DNA from: Lama guanicoe | Lineage: Eukaryota | Direction of reading: 5' to 3' | Assembly (NCBI GenBank): GCA_013239625.1 | Contig: MU053652.1 | Span: 1-64,000, forward strand | Length of the DNA: 64,000 nt | Shown: positions 22,758 to 36,310 of the stretch, piece by piece | How the letters are laid out: each line of letters opens with the position of its first letter | How positions within the stretch are numbered: the first letter of the stretch is position 1 | Position numbers and translations under genes: made by a program | The notes under the pieces: model-generated | Told to the model about the DNA's origin: nothing | The model's database searches: none | What the model saw: the letters and a program-made list of their open reading frames with translations, nothing else

Positions 22758-25700
22758 TGTCAGCTGAAAGAAAATGCACAACCTAAAAGCTAGGAATTAG
22801 ATTATATTTTATTTGGGGACTTTCTGAGGACTTGTGCTTGGGAGGCAGCCTCTCAGATAGCTCTGAGGGACTGTTCCAATGAGGTAAGGGAGGAGCCAGG
22901 ATATATATAGGAGTTTTTGCAACAAAAATTAGGTAGTTGGAAACTCAAAAGATTACTCTTAAAGAAAACCAGACATCCCAAGTTAATGAATTTGGTGCTT
23001 TTCTGTGTATGGGGAGATGCAAGCATCTGGGCTCATTGAAATCATTCCTTTGATATGCACCTTAACTATCTAGGGATAGTGTCCTTTTTGTGTGTGTGTG
23101 TGTGTGTGTTTTTTCCATCCTGAATCTTCTCAGGGTGCACAGTCAGGGGCGACTGCAGGGGCTGATGGCTTGAAGGCCGAGATGACCGCAACGTCCTTTG
23201 TTTACTGATATGGCAGGTGACATTTTTCATCCACAGTGCCTCCTCTTGGTCATACATTCAACCCACGTATGGGAGATATATCATGACCATTTTGTCCTAT
23301 GGCATAGGAAGGCTCATTCCTAGATCAGGCGAGAATTCTGTTGTTAGGCCACTCAAAGTGCTAATTTTTTTGGATCAGGCCCTGTTGATAATCCAAAATG
23401 CTCTGGATCACCTGTCTTACTAGTCTGTTATGCTGCAGGGAATGTTTTCCCTTGTTGCTTCTTCCCGTATCTAGAATTGCACTATTACAATTATTCTATG
23501 TAGTTGTAGATAAGATCAATTGACTCAAGATATTTAGCCATCATTAATTTTGTTGGAGGCCTGGTTACACACTGGGTGATACAAGAGACAACAATTTTAT
23601 AAAATTGACAGTATAGAAGTAATATGGCTAGTAACACTAATAAATTCATAGTACAGCAGAGAGAGACATGAAGCATAAATAATTTGAAAACAAAGAGAAC
23701 AAGTTAAAACAAAGATTAGTATAATTATTTGTAATCTGGTTGCAGTAAACCATCAAGTCCACAAGAGAGCAAGCTGGAAAAGCCAAATTCTGGAGCAATC
23801 AGGTAGAGAGAAAAAGATAAATGTTTCATGTTTATTTACAAAAGTATACTTTATCAATTTATTATAGGTCATAGTTAGCATAAGAGGAAAAGTTTTCTGG
23901 AAAACAAAGATTAAAACCCAGTATATATCAGGAAAAAAGGCCTAAAATTATAAATCATATTTATCAGTTCATTCAGACCCACGTAATTAATTCCTGTTGA
24001 TCCAGATTAAATCATCAGATTTTCCATTAGTTTTGTAACTTTTTACCCAGTTTGGTGGTATGAGCTGAAAGTTATCAGAACTTATATTTGTCACACAAAA
24101 AAAGTCCTTTTAATGAATCTTCTTGAAGATCTTCATGTTATAAAAGCATCAGAGTAAAAAACTGGCTATCCATGAATGGCAAATGACAAAATGACATGGT
24201 TAAAGATCTGATTGTAATGTAATTGATAAGACACTTGGATATTTCTGTGATATACAGCATTTTAAGATAAGATAATAACTAGAATTATGACTGATAACAT
24301 ACCAGGACATATCAGATTTTCAGGAATTCCATATAAATTTTGAAATACTTATCTTAATGACAATTACCCAAACTATATAACCTAAGCTTTATCTCCAATC
24401 ACTTGACAATACTTCTCTAGCAATTTCGCATACCAAATAAGCCCTCATTAGTTTAGCATTCCTCTCTGAGAGGCCTCAGGATTTCTTTGAAGCATCCCAG
24501 AGTTAGCTGGAGGTCAAAAGAACTTTAGTTAAAATGTAATATTTGGGAAGTTTGTCAAAAATATCAAAAAGGTTTCAAAACATTTGGTCGAATAGGATCA
24601 TATGTCACTGGGAGAAAATACTTATTCACTTAACCAAAGTGACAAAAGATTTCAAAAGCAAATCCAGATCACTTAAAGGTAGAGAAACTCACGCAATCTG
24701 TTATCAAAAAAGCAATATTCCAAGAAAACTTTGTTCTCTTAACAGAGAAAGGATCCAAGTCCAGTCTTGCACCAGACAGCTTTTAATAAAATTCAATTAC
24801 CTAATTAATTCCGTGTATTATAATTTAACCCTTAAAACCCTTAATCTTTAGCAAAAACCAACAAGCAGCAAGTAATTGTGAACTGTTTGTCATATCAGCA
24901 TTTCCCGGTAGGCAAATTTAAGACAATTCCATAACCCCTAGGTACATACATCTTCTCATAGCGCAATTTCTTTCCTCAGTGTGGCACAAGACATGTATCT
25001 AATAAACCTAAACATCTTTATTTTTCCTCTTGTACAGAGACAAAGGTGGGCAAATGTAGACCTATTTTGCAATTAATGTTCCAGTATTTTATGTTATTTA
25101 AAATGACCTGGATATTTAGTGAATTCCCAAAATTTAATTTAACTTAGCAAAACTCAAAAAATCTGGAGAAACTATTTTAGATGGACATACCCAAAACATA
25201 ATTATTCCTAAAGAGTTCACCTGAAAACTCTTTTCTCATTTACCTTTATTTTATAACTTATGAAAATATTACCATACCACATTAGCTTTTTTCCTTGCTG
25301 ACAAAAACTCTGTAACAGAAATAACATGAGCTTACTGATCTTCAGTAAATCTAGGTACAATAAAAGTAAGACAGGTCTATATGGATTAAACCAGCAAGTT
25401 TAAGCTAGATTTAGATATTAATTTAATACTGACTATTTCCTAGATCATGTGAACCTGAAATTAATTCTGGCCAGTTTATTTTATATTTAGAAATACTTAA
25501 TTTGTCGGCACCTAGTTTTAAGTCACTTAAATAAAGCTCTTTTATAAGTTTGGTTTTGATAATATTCCCTGGAGGTAGAGACATCTGAGATACACGTGTA
25601 CACAGACATACAAACAGACAAAGCTAGAGATCTCGTACTTTGACTTTAAAAACTTAGTTATGAATCAGGTATTACAATGTAAAGTTACTAGTTTATAAAT

Positions 25701-27655
25701 AACAGTTGGAATAAATTAAATTTACTTGCTCAGATAACTAAGGTTTTACTGTTTGTGGAAAAGACTTTTAAGATTTATATTTGTCCTTGATAAATATTTA
25801 AGAAGTCTATGAATTAGATTTTGGGTGAGGGAGCCTGTCCAGTGGTTTGAGCTTAAAAAGGTCTTTTTTCCCTTTTTCTTTTTCTTTGGTTTCAAGCTTT
25901 ACCTGATAGAGCCAATTAGGCTCAATCTTAAGTCCTTGTGGGCTGTATTTATATTTCTGGTTTATTGAGATTTGCAAGACAAAGCCTGTTGTCTTTAATT
26001 TTCCAAAGGATTGGCCTGTCATCTAAATTATATTAAAAGATTGATTTGCCCAGCTTTATTATATTAATTTGCTTTTTATGTTGGTGAGACAATTATGACC
26101 TAAACTGAAAATCAAGTTCCATGTTCTAGAATTTTAGGGTTCAACATATCATACTTTCAAAGTCTTGCATAAGGTGTTCAACAAAGGCCCTTTCTGAGTG
26201 CACAGAGCAAAATCTCTATTATTTTTTTCATTAGCCCCTGAATATTAGCTCTCAGTTTTTCTTTATATTGTATGAGCTCAGGCAACCCTATTGGTTTCCT
26301 TTAGCATGTTTAATTAATATTACCTGAAAGGCAGATTCATATGCCCTGACTTATAATACTGAGCAAGGGAAGAATTCCTCAGTGAAATATGTCTATCCCA
26401 CAATATAATTAGGCAAAAGTGATATAACCATCTTCTAAAAAGCTCATTTAAATATTCCAATTTTTATAAACTTTCATCTCAATTCTATCAACTTTCATAC
26501 CTTTAACTTTAGTGTCCCATTAGGACCCAATCGGCAAGCCTTGGTCTTACAAGGAGTCCTAGAATTTTTCCTTACTTTTTATCCCCTGACCATTTAATCT
26601 GTTTTGTATAAAAGGCTCTGGAATCCCCAGTGAAGGGTTGAGCCAAGGGACTCAGGACCTTTTGTTAATCTTTTAACTTGATTGACTGGCCTAAGCAATT
26701 GTTGGTCAGGTACCTCAATGCAATTTTTTCCAGCCTTTTAAATTAAATATATATATATATATATAAAATATATATTATATTATTATAATTATAATTTAAT
26801 AAATTATAATTCATATATATATAGAACTGGGGGAAATAGAGCAGACTTGTTTGGTGCCCTTTAATGTTGGGGACCAATAGGGGATCCTTTTGGCCCATCC
26901 AACCTTAGATAGCATTGTATCAAACCTTTTATTTAATCCCATTAACACTCATTTTATTTATCCCAGTTTAAAATAACCATCTAAAGATTTTTTATTCATT
27001 TGGAACAAGTCCCTTTAAAATTTCCACCGTGTTGGGAAAAAGTCTCTAGACTTCCCCTTCAGTTTTTTTCTTATTTCTCTGTTAATCAACGTAATTAACA
27101 TTAATTATTCTGAGAAGAAGCAGAGATCCCAAGTAAGGCTTCCCAAACCCGTTTTTGTTTTTATTTTCATTTTGGTTTGTTTTAAACTGAAGGAGTTCTT
27201 AGGTTAATCATTATATATATATTTTCCACATTCTAATTTGGTTTATTTTTTCATAGGTACCAATAAAACAGCTGTTTATAATGAGACCTCTCTAAAATTT
27301 TACCAATTTAGAAGTTTCTCCAATTTGAAGGATCCATCATCTGGCCACTAATGAGATATATCTTAATAGTGACTCAAACCAATAAGATGCAAGAGGCATC
27401 CCCACAAGAGGGTAAAGGATGCCACCTAAGCAAGATCCAGAAAGTTTATGCCCAAAAATAGTCTGAGAAAGGAAAGGCCTTCGTTGTACAGGCTGACACA
27501 ACGAAGGTTAAGATGGGAAAGTACACCTGAGAATTGGCACAGTCAGACAGAAGACTGCTCAGAATCCCAGGCTATTAGATTGGCTGCCAAATGTGCACCA
27601 TATGTGCACCTTCTGGATGGCAGAGACCATGTTCTCAAAACACATACACACTCTA

Positions 27656-27694
<39 letters not shown>

Positions 27695-28190
27695 CACTAA
27701 AGAAGATCAGGTAGAACATTTACATCTCAAAGACAGAGAAAGAGAAATGCAAGCCCCTGCTAGAAGGGTTTTTGTGTCTTTAAGGTCAAAATTCTGAAAA
27801 GATGTTTTATCAAGCTGGCTTCCTCTAACTTAACTGCTGTGCAATAGAAGAGCCCCATCTTAGTCATTTTCAGGGCAAGATTTCCTTAATTCCCAATTAA
27901 GTAACTACTTGGAAGTATGAGTCTTACATGTACAGAAACCTGGCTGGGGGTATTAGTTGGAGGCAAAGATGTGAGGCCAGCCTCTCACCTAACCACTCAG
28001 CCCCGGCCACTCAGTTTTCTCCCAACTGAGCAACTCCCAGTGTCTTTCAACCAGGTCTCCCCAGTATCTTTCAACTGGAGAGCCAGATACCTGTTAGACA
28101 CCACCAGATAAAACTCAATATCATCAACCAATAATTGGGAGATCCGAGAACCAGGAGAGACTCACCCAGATTCCTCTGGATTCTTAAAAG
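22758..28190 (-). mobile_element. Truncated ERV1-like provirus: 3' LTR (22758-23235) plus degenerate AT-rich internal region; 5' LTR not seen
   Basis: The LTR reads TGTGGATG...CTGACA on the minus strand, with a polypurine tract AAGAGGAGGCAC at 23236-23247 directly adjacent. A leader-type splice donor CTGG|GTGAGT is at 28160-28169 (minus). No intact retroviral ORF; the right boundary is approximate. Confidence 0.7.
27657..27692. repeat. (CA)n microsatellite
   Basis: Perfect AC run. Confidence 0.95.
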
Positions 28191-28461
28191 ATGCAACAAT
28201 CTGGGGTTATTGATATTCTTTCTGAGATACATCCAACTATCTGAGGCCTGTTTATCCAAAAGCACTAAGACCAAAGAGGGAATGCTTCTGGGAGTTTTAT
28301 GGGGCACAAGATACATCATGACATTTAAGACTGTCTGACAAATTGGCAAGCTGCCCCCTAAATCTCTAAACTCATCATTTTTTCCTGGGTTGGGAAGCCA
28401 ACTGTTGGGGATGCTGTAAATGATTCCTCACTGAATGGGGAATAGTGATAGAACTTGATGG

Positions 28462-28930
28462 CAGTGATTCTCGAACTTTTTGGTTTCAGGACCCCTTCAT
28501 AATCTTAAAAATTATTGAGGCCCCTAAAGAGCTTTAGTTTAAATATGGGCTACATTAACTAACATTTGCTATAGAAAGTAAAACTGAGAAATTTAAGAAA
28601 TATTGGTGTATTAGTTCATTAAAAATAACAATAGTAAATCCATTACATATTATACAAATAACATGTCTTTATGCAAAAGTGGCTATTTTCCATTACAAAA
28701 ATTGGGTGAGAAGAGTGGCATTATTTTGCATTTTTGCAAACTCTTTAATATATGGTTTAAAAGAAGACAGCCAAATTGTCGTATCTTCTGTATTCACTCT
28801 GTTGCAATACTGCATTTCACATAGGCTCAGGAAACGCCACTGTATGCTTGTGAGAGAATGACTATCCAAAAGGAAAATGCTGTCTTAGTAGTATTAGGAA
28901 ATAGTTTTGGCCTTGTGAACCCCGTAAAAA
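28462..28930. mobile_element. Charlie1-like hAT element
   Basis: CAGTGATTCTCGAACTTTTTGGTTTCAGGACCCC...AAAAATTATTGAGGCCCCTAAAGAGCTTT. Confidence 0.7.
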
Positions 28931-31900
28931 CATCTTGCTCATTCCTTTAACCCTTTTATAGTCTAATAACTCAACCCAATTTATTGAACTAATAATACTA
29001 CATGAACAAGCCAGGCTCTCTTCTTTCAGTGCAGGACTGAGAGGATTCAACTCTGGAAGAAAGGATCGCCACATGAATTCATCAAAATCCAAATGGCTTG
29101 GTTTTGGTTTTGTTGTTTGTTTGTGTGCCATAATCAAGATGTATCTGTCGTCAACCAAAAGAAGTTCAGTACTCTTGATAGCATCTTATGATTGGCTATT
29201 ATAAATTTAAATGATTAACCAGCAAAGAAATTATATTGAAAAAATTTTACAACTGAGTTATGTCAAAGTTGACACATTTGGGAGGAAATTTAAATTTGAA
29301 GTTGTCCAAAAAAGTAATTTTGTGAGTCGTAAATCTAAAATCAAAAGTGGATTTTCAATTTACAAATAGTTTTCTCAGTTCTGCATAAGATTTATTACAA
29401 TTATGCTGTGAACAGTTTGGGATAAATGCAAAGTTAAATTACAATTAAAAGAAGACACTCCAGCTTGCACTAAATATTTTAAACTAAATTTATACTTACA
29501 TGTTTTTACAACACTAAAAATTTTCAGATTATATTTATGAGAATGCATTTGTTTATGCATAACCAAATTTATATCTTTATAAACTTGCAAAAACACATAC
29601 TTACACATTATGTGTTAAACCTCCAGCAGATTGAGATCAAAATGTTGTGCTAATTTATAAATAATAGAAGCTTATTGCCACTGAAACTATTAAATTGACT
29701 GGTCTAGATATTTACTTTTGTGGTACCATATTACAAAAGCCCAATAACCAAACAAAATCCATTTCTCTGCTTTTTAGTACTGCTATAATGTTTAGATTAT
29801 TCTCAAAACAAGCCAAGTTAATGGCCTAGTCCACAGCTTATTCTTAGTAATTAAATAATAATTACAATTTTGGTTAGTAAGAGGTGAAGCTGTCTAATCA
29901 TTTTCCAAAAGGCTCTAACTTCCTAAACTCATTTTGCCTTTTCTCATTTGTTCCTAACAAGTTCCTGTTTCTATGTATCTCTTCCCACCCCCTCTTTTTT
30001 TTTTTTTTAACCTAGCCATCTGATTTTTCCTACTATTGTGATTTGACTCCTAGGTAAAGCTGCACTTCAGTCAGTTGAACTACTTAAAGATTTTTCCCAC
30101 ATAAACTTTTCCAACTCAAACATTCATATTTCTATTAATATAAGAGAAAGCTTTCTTTGGAATGCTAGTTCTCCCAAATAACACAAAAACCACCCTGTGG
30201 ATAAGAGGGTGCTGACCTGACCAAGGTAAGGGAGAATGCCACCTCTAAGGGGTCTCAGCACCTCGGAGGGCGACAGGCACCGCTGGAATAGTTATTGACA
30301 CTTTTGAAGTCTGGTTTTTTGAAGGAGAAGGGGGCAGAAGTGGAGCTTGGTTAGGAATGGCGAAGAATCAGGATGTAGCAGACTAGGATTGGTGGATCCA
30401 GCAAGGTAAAGATTGTGAGGATAGGGTTCAAAGACTCTCGGAGTGTCAACTTTCATCTAATGCTTTGTATTGAAGAGCTGATGGGTGTTTTACTGTCCTG
30501 AAATGAACAGTAAAGCTATCTGCAATTTTTAGCTTCCTAGGTAAGAATCTCCCAGAGGAGTATGCTGATGAAGGCAGTAAACTCATGTTAATATAGACAT
30601 AGACAGTGAACTGCATGTGGTATAGATGGCTTCAGTTCTCAGTGTGATTCTCATTAAAAGAAAACAGAGAACCACAGAATTTTTGTGGAGAAGAGGATGC
30701 CTAGTGTAGAAATATTTTAAATAAATTTTACATATAAATATACATATTATTTGTATAAATAATATGCATTATAAAAATAAATATTTTTATAAATATGCAT
30801 TTAGTGAATGAATGAATGAAAATTCCAGGTAAGGAGGAGAAACTGACCAAGCATCCTGATTCTGTCCCCTAGGTTTCTCCTTCCTCTTTGAGTTGTAACA
30901 TTAAATGTCTTTGTCACCACCATACCCAGATTTCCCTGAGTACAGTTTACAATGCTAGCCAGTTTGGAACAAAATTATCCTTTCTTTTGAATTCCCTTGG
31001 CATAGCTAAGTTAGGCAAGAATTGTAGAAATTATTAACTACTAAGAAAACATTGAGAGACATGAACAAAGAAATAACCCTAACATTCTAACAGAAGAATG
31101 ACATTTACAGTAACCAATGGTATGTCCACTCACACCAATCAGTGCTGAGTAAACAGAACCACCTATTTACTAGTGAAAATTCCACAGTTGTTTCTTCAAG
31201 GCAACACTGCTGATACAATTTTAAATCACTGCTTAGCAAAGATTGGCACTCTGATTTCCTGAGACAATTCCCATAATAGTTCACATCCACAAGATGAAGT
31301 CCAAGTTTCTTTGCTTGGCACTCAAGACCTACACAGTCTGGACCAGTCTACCTTTCTGGCCAAATTCTCTTTCCCCAATGCCTCCCTGACCATCTATACA
31401 GAGATACTTGCCGTTTCCTGGATTCAGCGTCTTCATTTATGTCGAGGTGCCTTAGTTCCTGCTGTAACCACTTCTTAGAATGCCCTTCCCAAACTCGCAG
31501 CATGATGTTGCCCAAGTTCAAAACCTAGTACAAATAGGACGCCCTCTGTGAAAACTTTCCCATCCTCTCTGCTCTGCATCTGCTGCCCTTGCCCTGCCAT
31601 ACGGTTAATTCTGTATGTTTGCTCTGAGCATGTGGCTGGTGCATGGTTCAGAACACACCGGTTGAACTGCATTGATTTGACTTGGTTTGCTTTCCTTTAG
31701 CTTTACGTAAGTTTGCCACTCTGCACACTTCTGTGGTTTTACTAAACTTTTAACCCCTGCGGTGGTTTCCTTATTGCATTACAGTGTGCACAGATGCATA
31801 AGAGAAATGGAAAAAGAACAAGAACATCCAAGAAGTTTAACTCTATGTTCCATGAGACCTACTCCCTATCAAAGTTGTGTTTCTCTTGCATCTGTTTTCC

Positions 31901-33452
31901 AAGCAGGAGACAAACAGAATCTTATTTAAAAATAGATATTTTAAATTATTACTCTTTCTTTTAACTTAAAGTATGTATAACTGTCTCCTACCTACAGACA
32001 GTTTATCCTGAATGTTAGAAATTGATCCAGGGATGGAGAGCAGATTCCATTTGATGTGGTCTGAGACCCAAGAATGACTCCCTGCCTGCTCCCTCCAGAG
32101 AGCTGACTGGGGTTGGGAAGGCATGTCAGGCAAGAGGGTAGCTTCATAGGCTGATCCTGGTGTTTCTTATTATTAAAAAAAAAAAAAAAGGTTTTCCCAT
32201 ATCTCTCATTTCCCCCACCATCTTTGGGAAACATTGCCTGCCTTCCTGGGTCCTAGACCTAATACTTACAAAAGCCACACCCCAAACCCCTTAGCTCATA
32301 AGTATATTAAGTATCATCTGGTCAGTGCACCTGCCGCATTGGGCAGCCCTGGAAGAGGGTCCACAGGTACACAGGGAGGAGTACATATATATTTTTATGG
32401 TGCTTTATCTTGACTGTGGCAGACATGGGATTGGGGAGAGGGCTCCCCATTGCCCTGCCAACTCCACTGGCCCAGGCAGAAGCGGGCCTTCACTGGGGTC
32501 AGTCAAACCTTGAATCCCAGAAAGAATATGTGCCCCATTGAGGCTGAGAGTCTCCATCTCATGTTACACCCATTGCTTTGCAGAATTCCTTCTTCCAACA
32601 AGTGAGAGTGGGAAACTTTCTCCTCAGTCCCATTTCCTACATAGGCAAGAAAGCTTACAATCTGAGTAAAATGCAGAGTTAAATCACAGTCTGGAAAGGG
32701 ATGCGTTATTCCTCTGTATTGTTTATATTGATAAAGGGACACTTCTTTTCACTGAGAAATAAATACTGTAACTTAATGACTTTTATATTAACCATGATTA
32801 CTTTCACGAGTAATACCCTACGATTATTGTATGTATCCAGATTTTACCCTTTATCTTTATTCTTTTAGTTGTCAGCCTTACTTTCCTTAATCTTTATTCC
32901 ATTACTTACGGATTCTGCCAATTTTCAAGGTCTACTCCTTTGTTAATCCTGGTAGAAAAAAGAAAACCTTGAGTTACTTCTTGCATAGGCTACATCAAAG
33001 AGATGATTGATGTCTGAGGTCTGGAATGCTTAAGTGACTCACGTCCTAAGTGGGAAGTGAAGCCTAGAGGAGTGTTGGCTCTAGACACAAGGAGACCTGG
33101 TTAGAATCTCAGCGCAGTCACACAACAGCTTTGCGGCCTTGGTCAACCTCTCTGAACCTCTATCTCTTCATTAGTAAAATGTAGGTGATGAGAACCTATT
33201 TCACAATGGCTTTGTGAGAGCTGTATGAGATACTGCGTATCATCCACTTTATCGTTATTACATAAGTCCACATGAAATTGATACTTCTGTATTTTAAAAA
33301 GCTGAATATTTATAAATTTATATCATTCATTCTTATGTTAGCTAGTAAGATGCAAAGCTGGAATCCAAACTCAAGTCTTCTGGGTCCCAGCCCCTCAAAC
33401 TTACATTCTTAGCTAACTTTAGTTGTCCATGAAACTTATTTTTTGTTGGACA

Positions 33453-33892
33453 TGCAAAGAAAAAAATGTGGCCTGTCATTCCAGTTCTACAAGAATCAAG
33501 CCATCAGCCACTGCAATCGCCCTGAGGGGAATTCAGGATGGGGGAAGTCAGGAAGCATTCTGTGCTTTGGATACACCAGCCCCTAGATAGTTAAGATGCG
33601 TATCTAAGGAAGAATTTCAAATAACCCCAGGGTCTTGATCTTCCTATACATAAAAAAACACTAAAGTTAGAGATGTCTGTTCTTTGTGATTAGCAGTAAT
33701 CTTGTGATGTTTAACTACATATTTTTTCCAGCCAAAAAGAAAAAATCATATTTATCTTGACTGCTCCCTGACCTCTTCAGAGCAATTCCTCAGAGCTATC
33801 CGAGAGGCCTTCTCTGGGCCACAGGCTTCAGTCAGTTCTCCAGATAAAACAACTCACAACTTTTACTTTGTGCATTTTCGTTCCAGTTGACA
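33453..33892 (+). mobile_element. Solo ERV1-type LTR, same family as 4702-5139
   Basis: TG...CA ends, 4-bp TSD GACA (33449-33452 and 33893-33896), and long blocks shared with 4702-5139 such as GAGATGTCTGTTCTTTGTGATTAGCAGTAATCTTG. Confidence 0.85.
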
Positions 33893-34125
33893 GACAAGTG
33901 GTACCAAGTGGAATTATGGGGCAGCTTAATATAGCAGATGTATGAAGAGAACAAATAGTTAGAGTGGGAGAGAAAAAAAGTTACGTAATTGGTGCAAACT
34001 GCTGGACTCTACAGATGTAATAATTGTCCAGTTATTCTACCTCTCATCAGAACAATGACGTATGTGTGGTACTTCTACCACATATCTGTTATCTTTCTTA
34101 ATGTCCATGTCATTGGTTAGGTAGT

Positions 34126-34805
34126 GTGATGGTTAATTTTATATGTTATCCATGGGGTACCCAGACATTTGATAAACATTATTTTGGGTGTGTCTGTGAG
34201 GGTGTTTGTGGATGAGATTACATTTGAACTGGTAGACTGAGTAAAGCAGATGACCCTTCCCAATGTGGGTGGGCCTCGTCCAATCAGTTAAAAGACTTGA
34301 ATAGAAAAAAAGGGCTGAGTAAGACAGAATTTACCTCCCTGACTACTGGAGCTGAGACACTGGCCTAGTCTGCTGACTAGAACTTACACCATCAGCTCTC
34401 CTGGGCTTCCAGTTTGCTAACTGCAGACCTTGGGACTTCTGCATAGCCTCCATAATCACATGAAACAATTCCTTATAATAAATCCCCTCCATCTGTCTAA
34501 ACAGATTAATATAGGGATAGGTATATAGATATACAGATATCCTTGTGAGGATTGAAGAGGATCTCTTTCTATATAACTCCTTCTGTTGATCCTGCTAAAG
34601 TTAAAAAAGAGAGAGAGATTATAGCCTAGTTTTTCAGGTTCTTGTGAGGATTAAAGGTGATTAATATTAAATAAGATTAAATATACAATCTATATTATAT
34701 CCACATAGAGAGAGCAAGACAGAGAGAGAATGTATATCTATCTATAGAGAGAGATCTATATGTATATCCTGTTGGTTCTGTTCTTAGGAGAACACGGCTA
34801 ATACA
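34126..34805 (+). mobile_element. MLT2-type ERVL LTR with an internal insertion
   Basis: TGTGATGGTTAATTTTATATGT...GGTAGACTGAGTAAAGCAGATGACCCTTCCCAATGTGGGTGGGCCTC...TCCTGTTGGTTCTGTT...CTAATACA. Confidence 0.85.
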
Positions 34806-36256
34806 GGGATGGATGCTAAAGGTTCTAATTTCCTTTAACAACGCACTCTGGAGCAGCCATTCATGATTGTACCTAAAGGGTTTTTTTTAAAGATAATGGT
34901 GTTAGCCATCACTTTTAGATTTAGATTTTTGAGGTCTAAGCACATGAACCTCCCCAAACCAAGTCTGTCATTAGGCAGCCAGCTTTGTCCTGCCTTTGAG
35001 GTCATGACTCAAACAGAAAGCCTTCCTGCGGGTTAAGAGGAATGCATCTCCGATTTCAGTGGGGCCCGAGTCCTGGGCAGGGTTTGAGATTGTGTGTCAA
35101 AAGACCCGCGTTTGAATCCCAACTCTGCTATTTATTGGCTGTAAAAAGTAACTTTTTTGAGCCTTATCTTTTTCGCCTGCAAAGTAAGCATAACAAAGAC
35201 GTGTTCAAAGGGGTCTGGGGAAGACTTAAGAAGACAGTGTATATGAACTGCTCATTGTAACTATAGCATTTTAAGAATATTAGTTTCACATGCATTGTAG
35301 CACGTGAAAGGAGTTTAGGTTTTAGACTTGGGTACTGGGATTACTTAATCTTTTTGAGCCTAAGGATCTCCATGTGCTAAAGATCAAAAAGAGAGAGAGA
35401 TTAGAGCCTATTTTTGTGGGTTCTTTTGAGGATTAAAGAGGATGATATATGAACCACCTTAGTAAAAGTTCTCGCAATGCATGTGCTTCCTTCTTCTTAT
35501 AAAAGTATAACTATTAAATTAACAAGCCATTAGTTACTTTAATGTTACTCTAAGAGTATATTTTTAAATAAATGAATAAATCAAAGAGCCGCCCACACCA
35601 AAGTTCTGACAAGTGATATCTGCACGTATCTTCCACTGCTAGTAACCACTATCGCCTCTTCCAGCTCAACAGAGCTCATCCTGAACCCTTCTTGGCCCAT
35701 CAAGAACCTGTAACTGTAAAACACAATGCCCTCAAGCTTGACTCACAAGACAAATGTAATTTATGGCTGACAGGTATGTATTATCTCTGCTACCTGGTAC
35801 TCAAGGCTGTCACATAGTTATGAACTTTCCTTCTGAAGTATTCACAAGAAAGAGAAACAGATTTCTGCCTGCTTAGATGAGCCAGAAAAAGAAATTCTAA
35901 ACTCATCACATGTTCACTCCTCCCTTGCCATGGTCCTCCTCTATTTACAGATCGGGTAACTCCTCCTGCTGAGAGATCTTCAGGTATAGACGAGTTAATG
36001 TCATACTCCTCAACTGGTTCAAGCTTTTGAGTGATCATTTTCTCCCTGGCAGTGAGATAAGAGGGAAAGTGAAGGGGCTTTCTAAAGTATTCAATCCTGG
36101 TTGCATGTTCTTTTTAGCTCTCTGTGGTCTTGGGCAAGTTACTTAAGTTCGCTGAGCCTTAAAAGAGCTTATACTACCTGTAAGATAGGACTAATGCCCA
36201 CCAACAGGCTGGATTAATAAAACCTGGATGTAAATAGGCTGCACAGAGGAGGAGAT

Positions 36257-36259
<3 letters not shown>

Positions 36260-36300
<41 letters not shown>
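36260..36300. repeat. (CA)n microsatellite
   Basis: Perfect AC run. Confidence 0.95.

Positions 36301-36310
<10 letters not shown>

Noticed and set aside
35600..36050. Coding-looking stretch (ORF 35790-36038); also 15300-15830
   Set aside because: No assignable protein motif; probably ancient repeat debris that cannot be named without a search.
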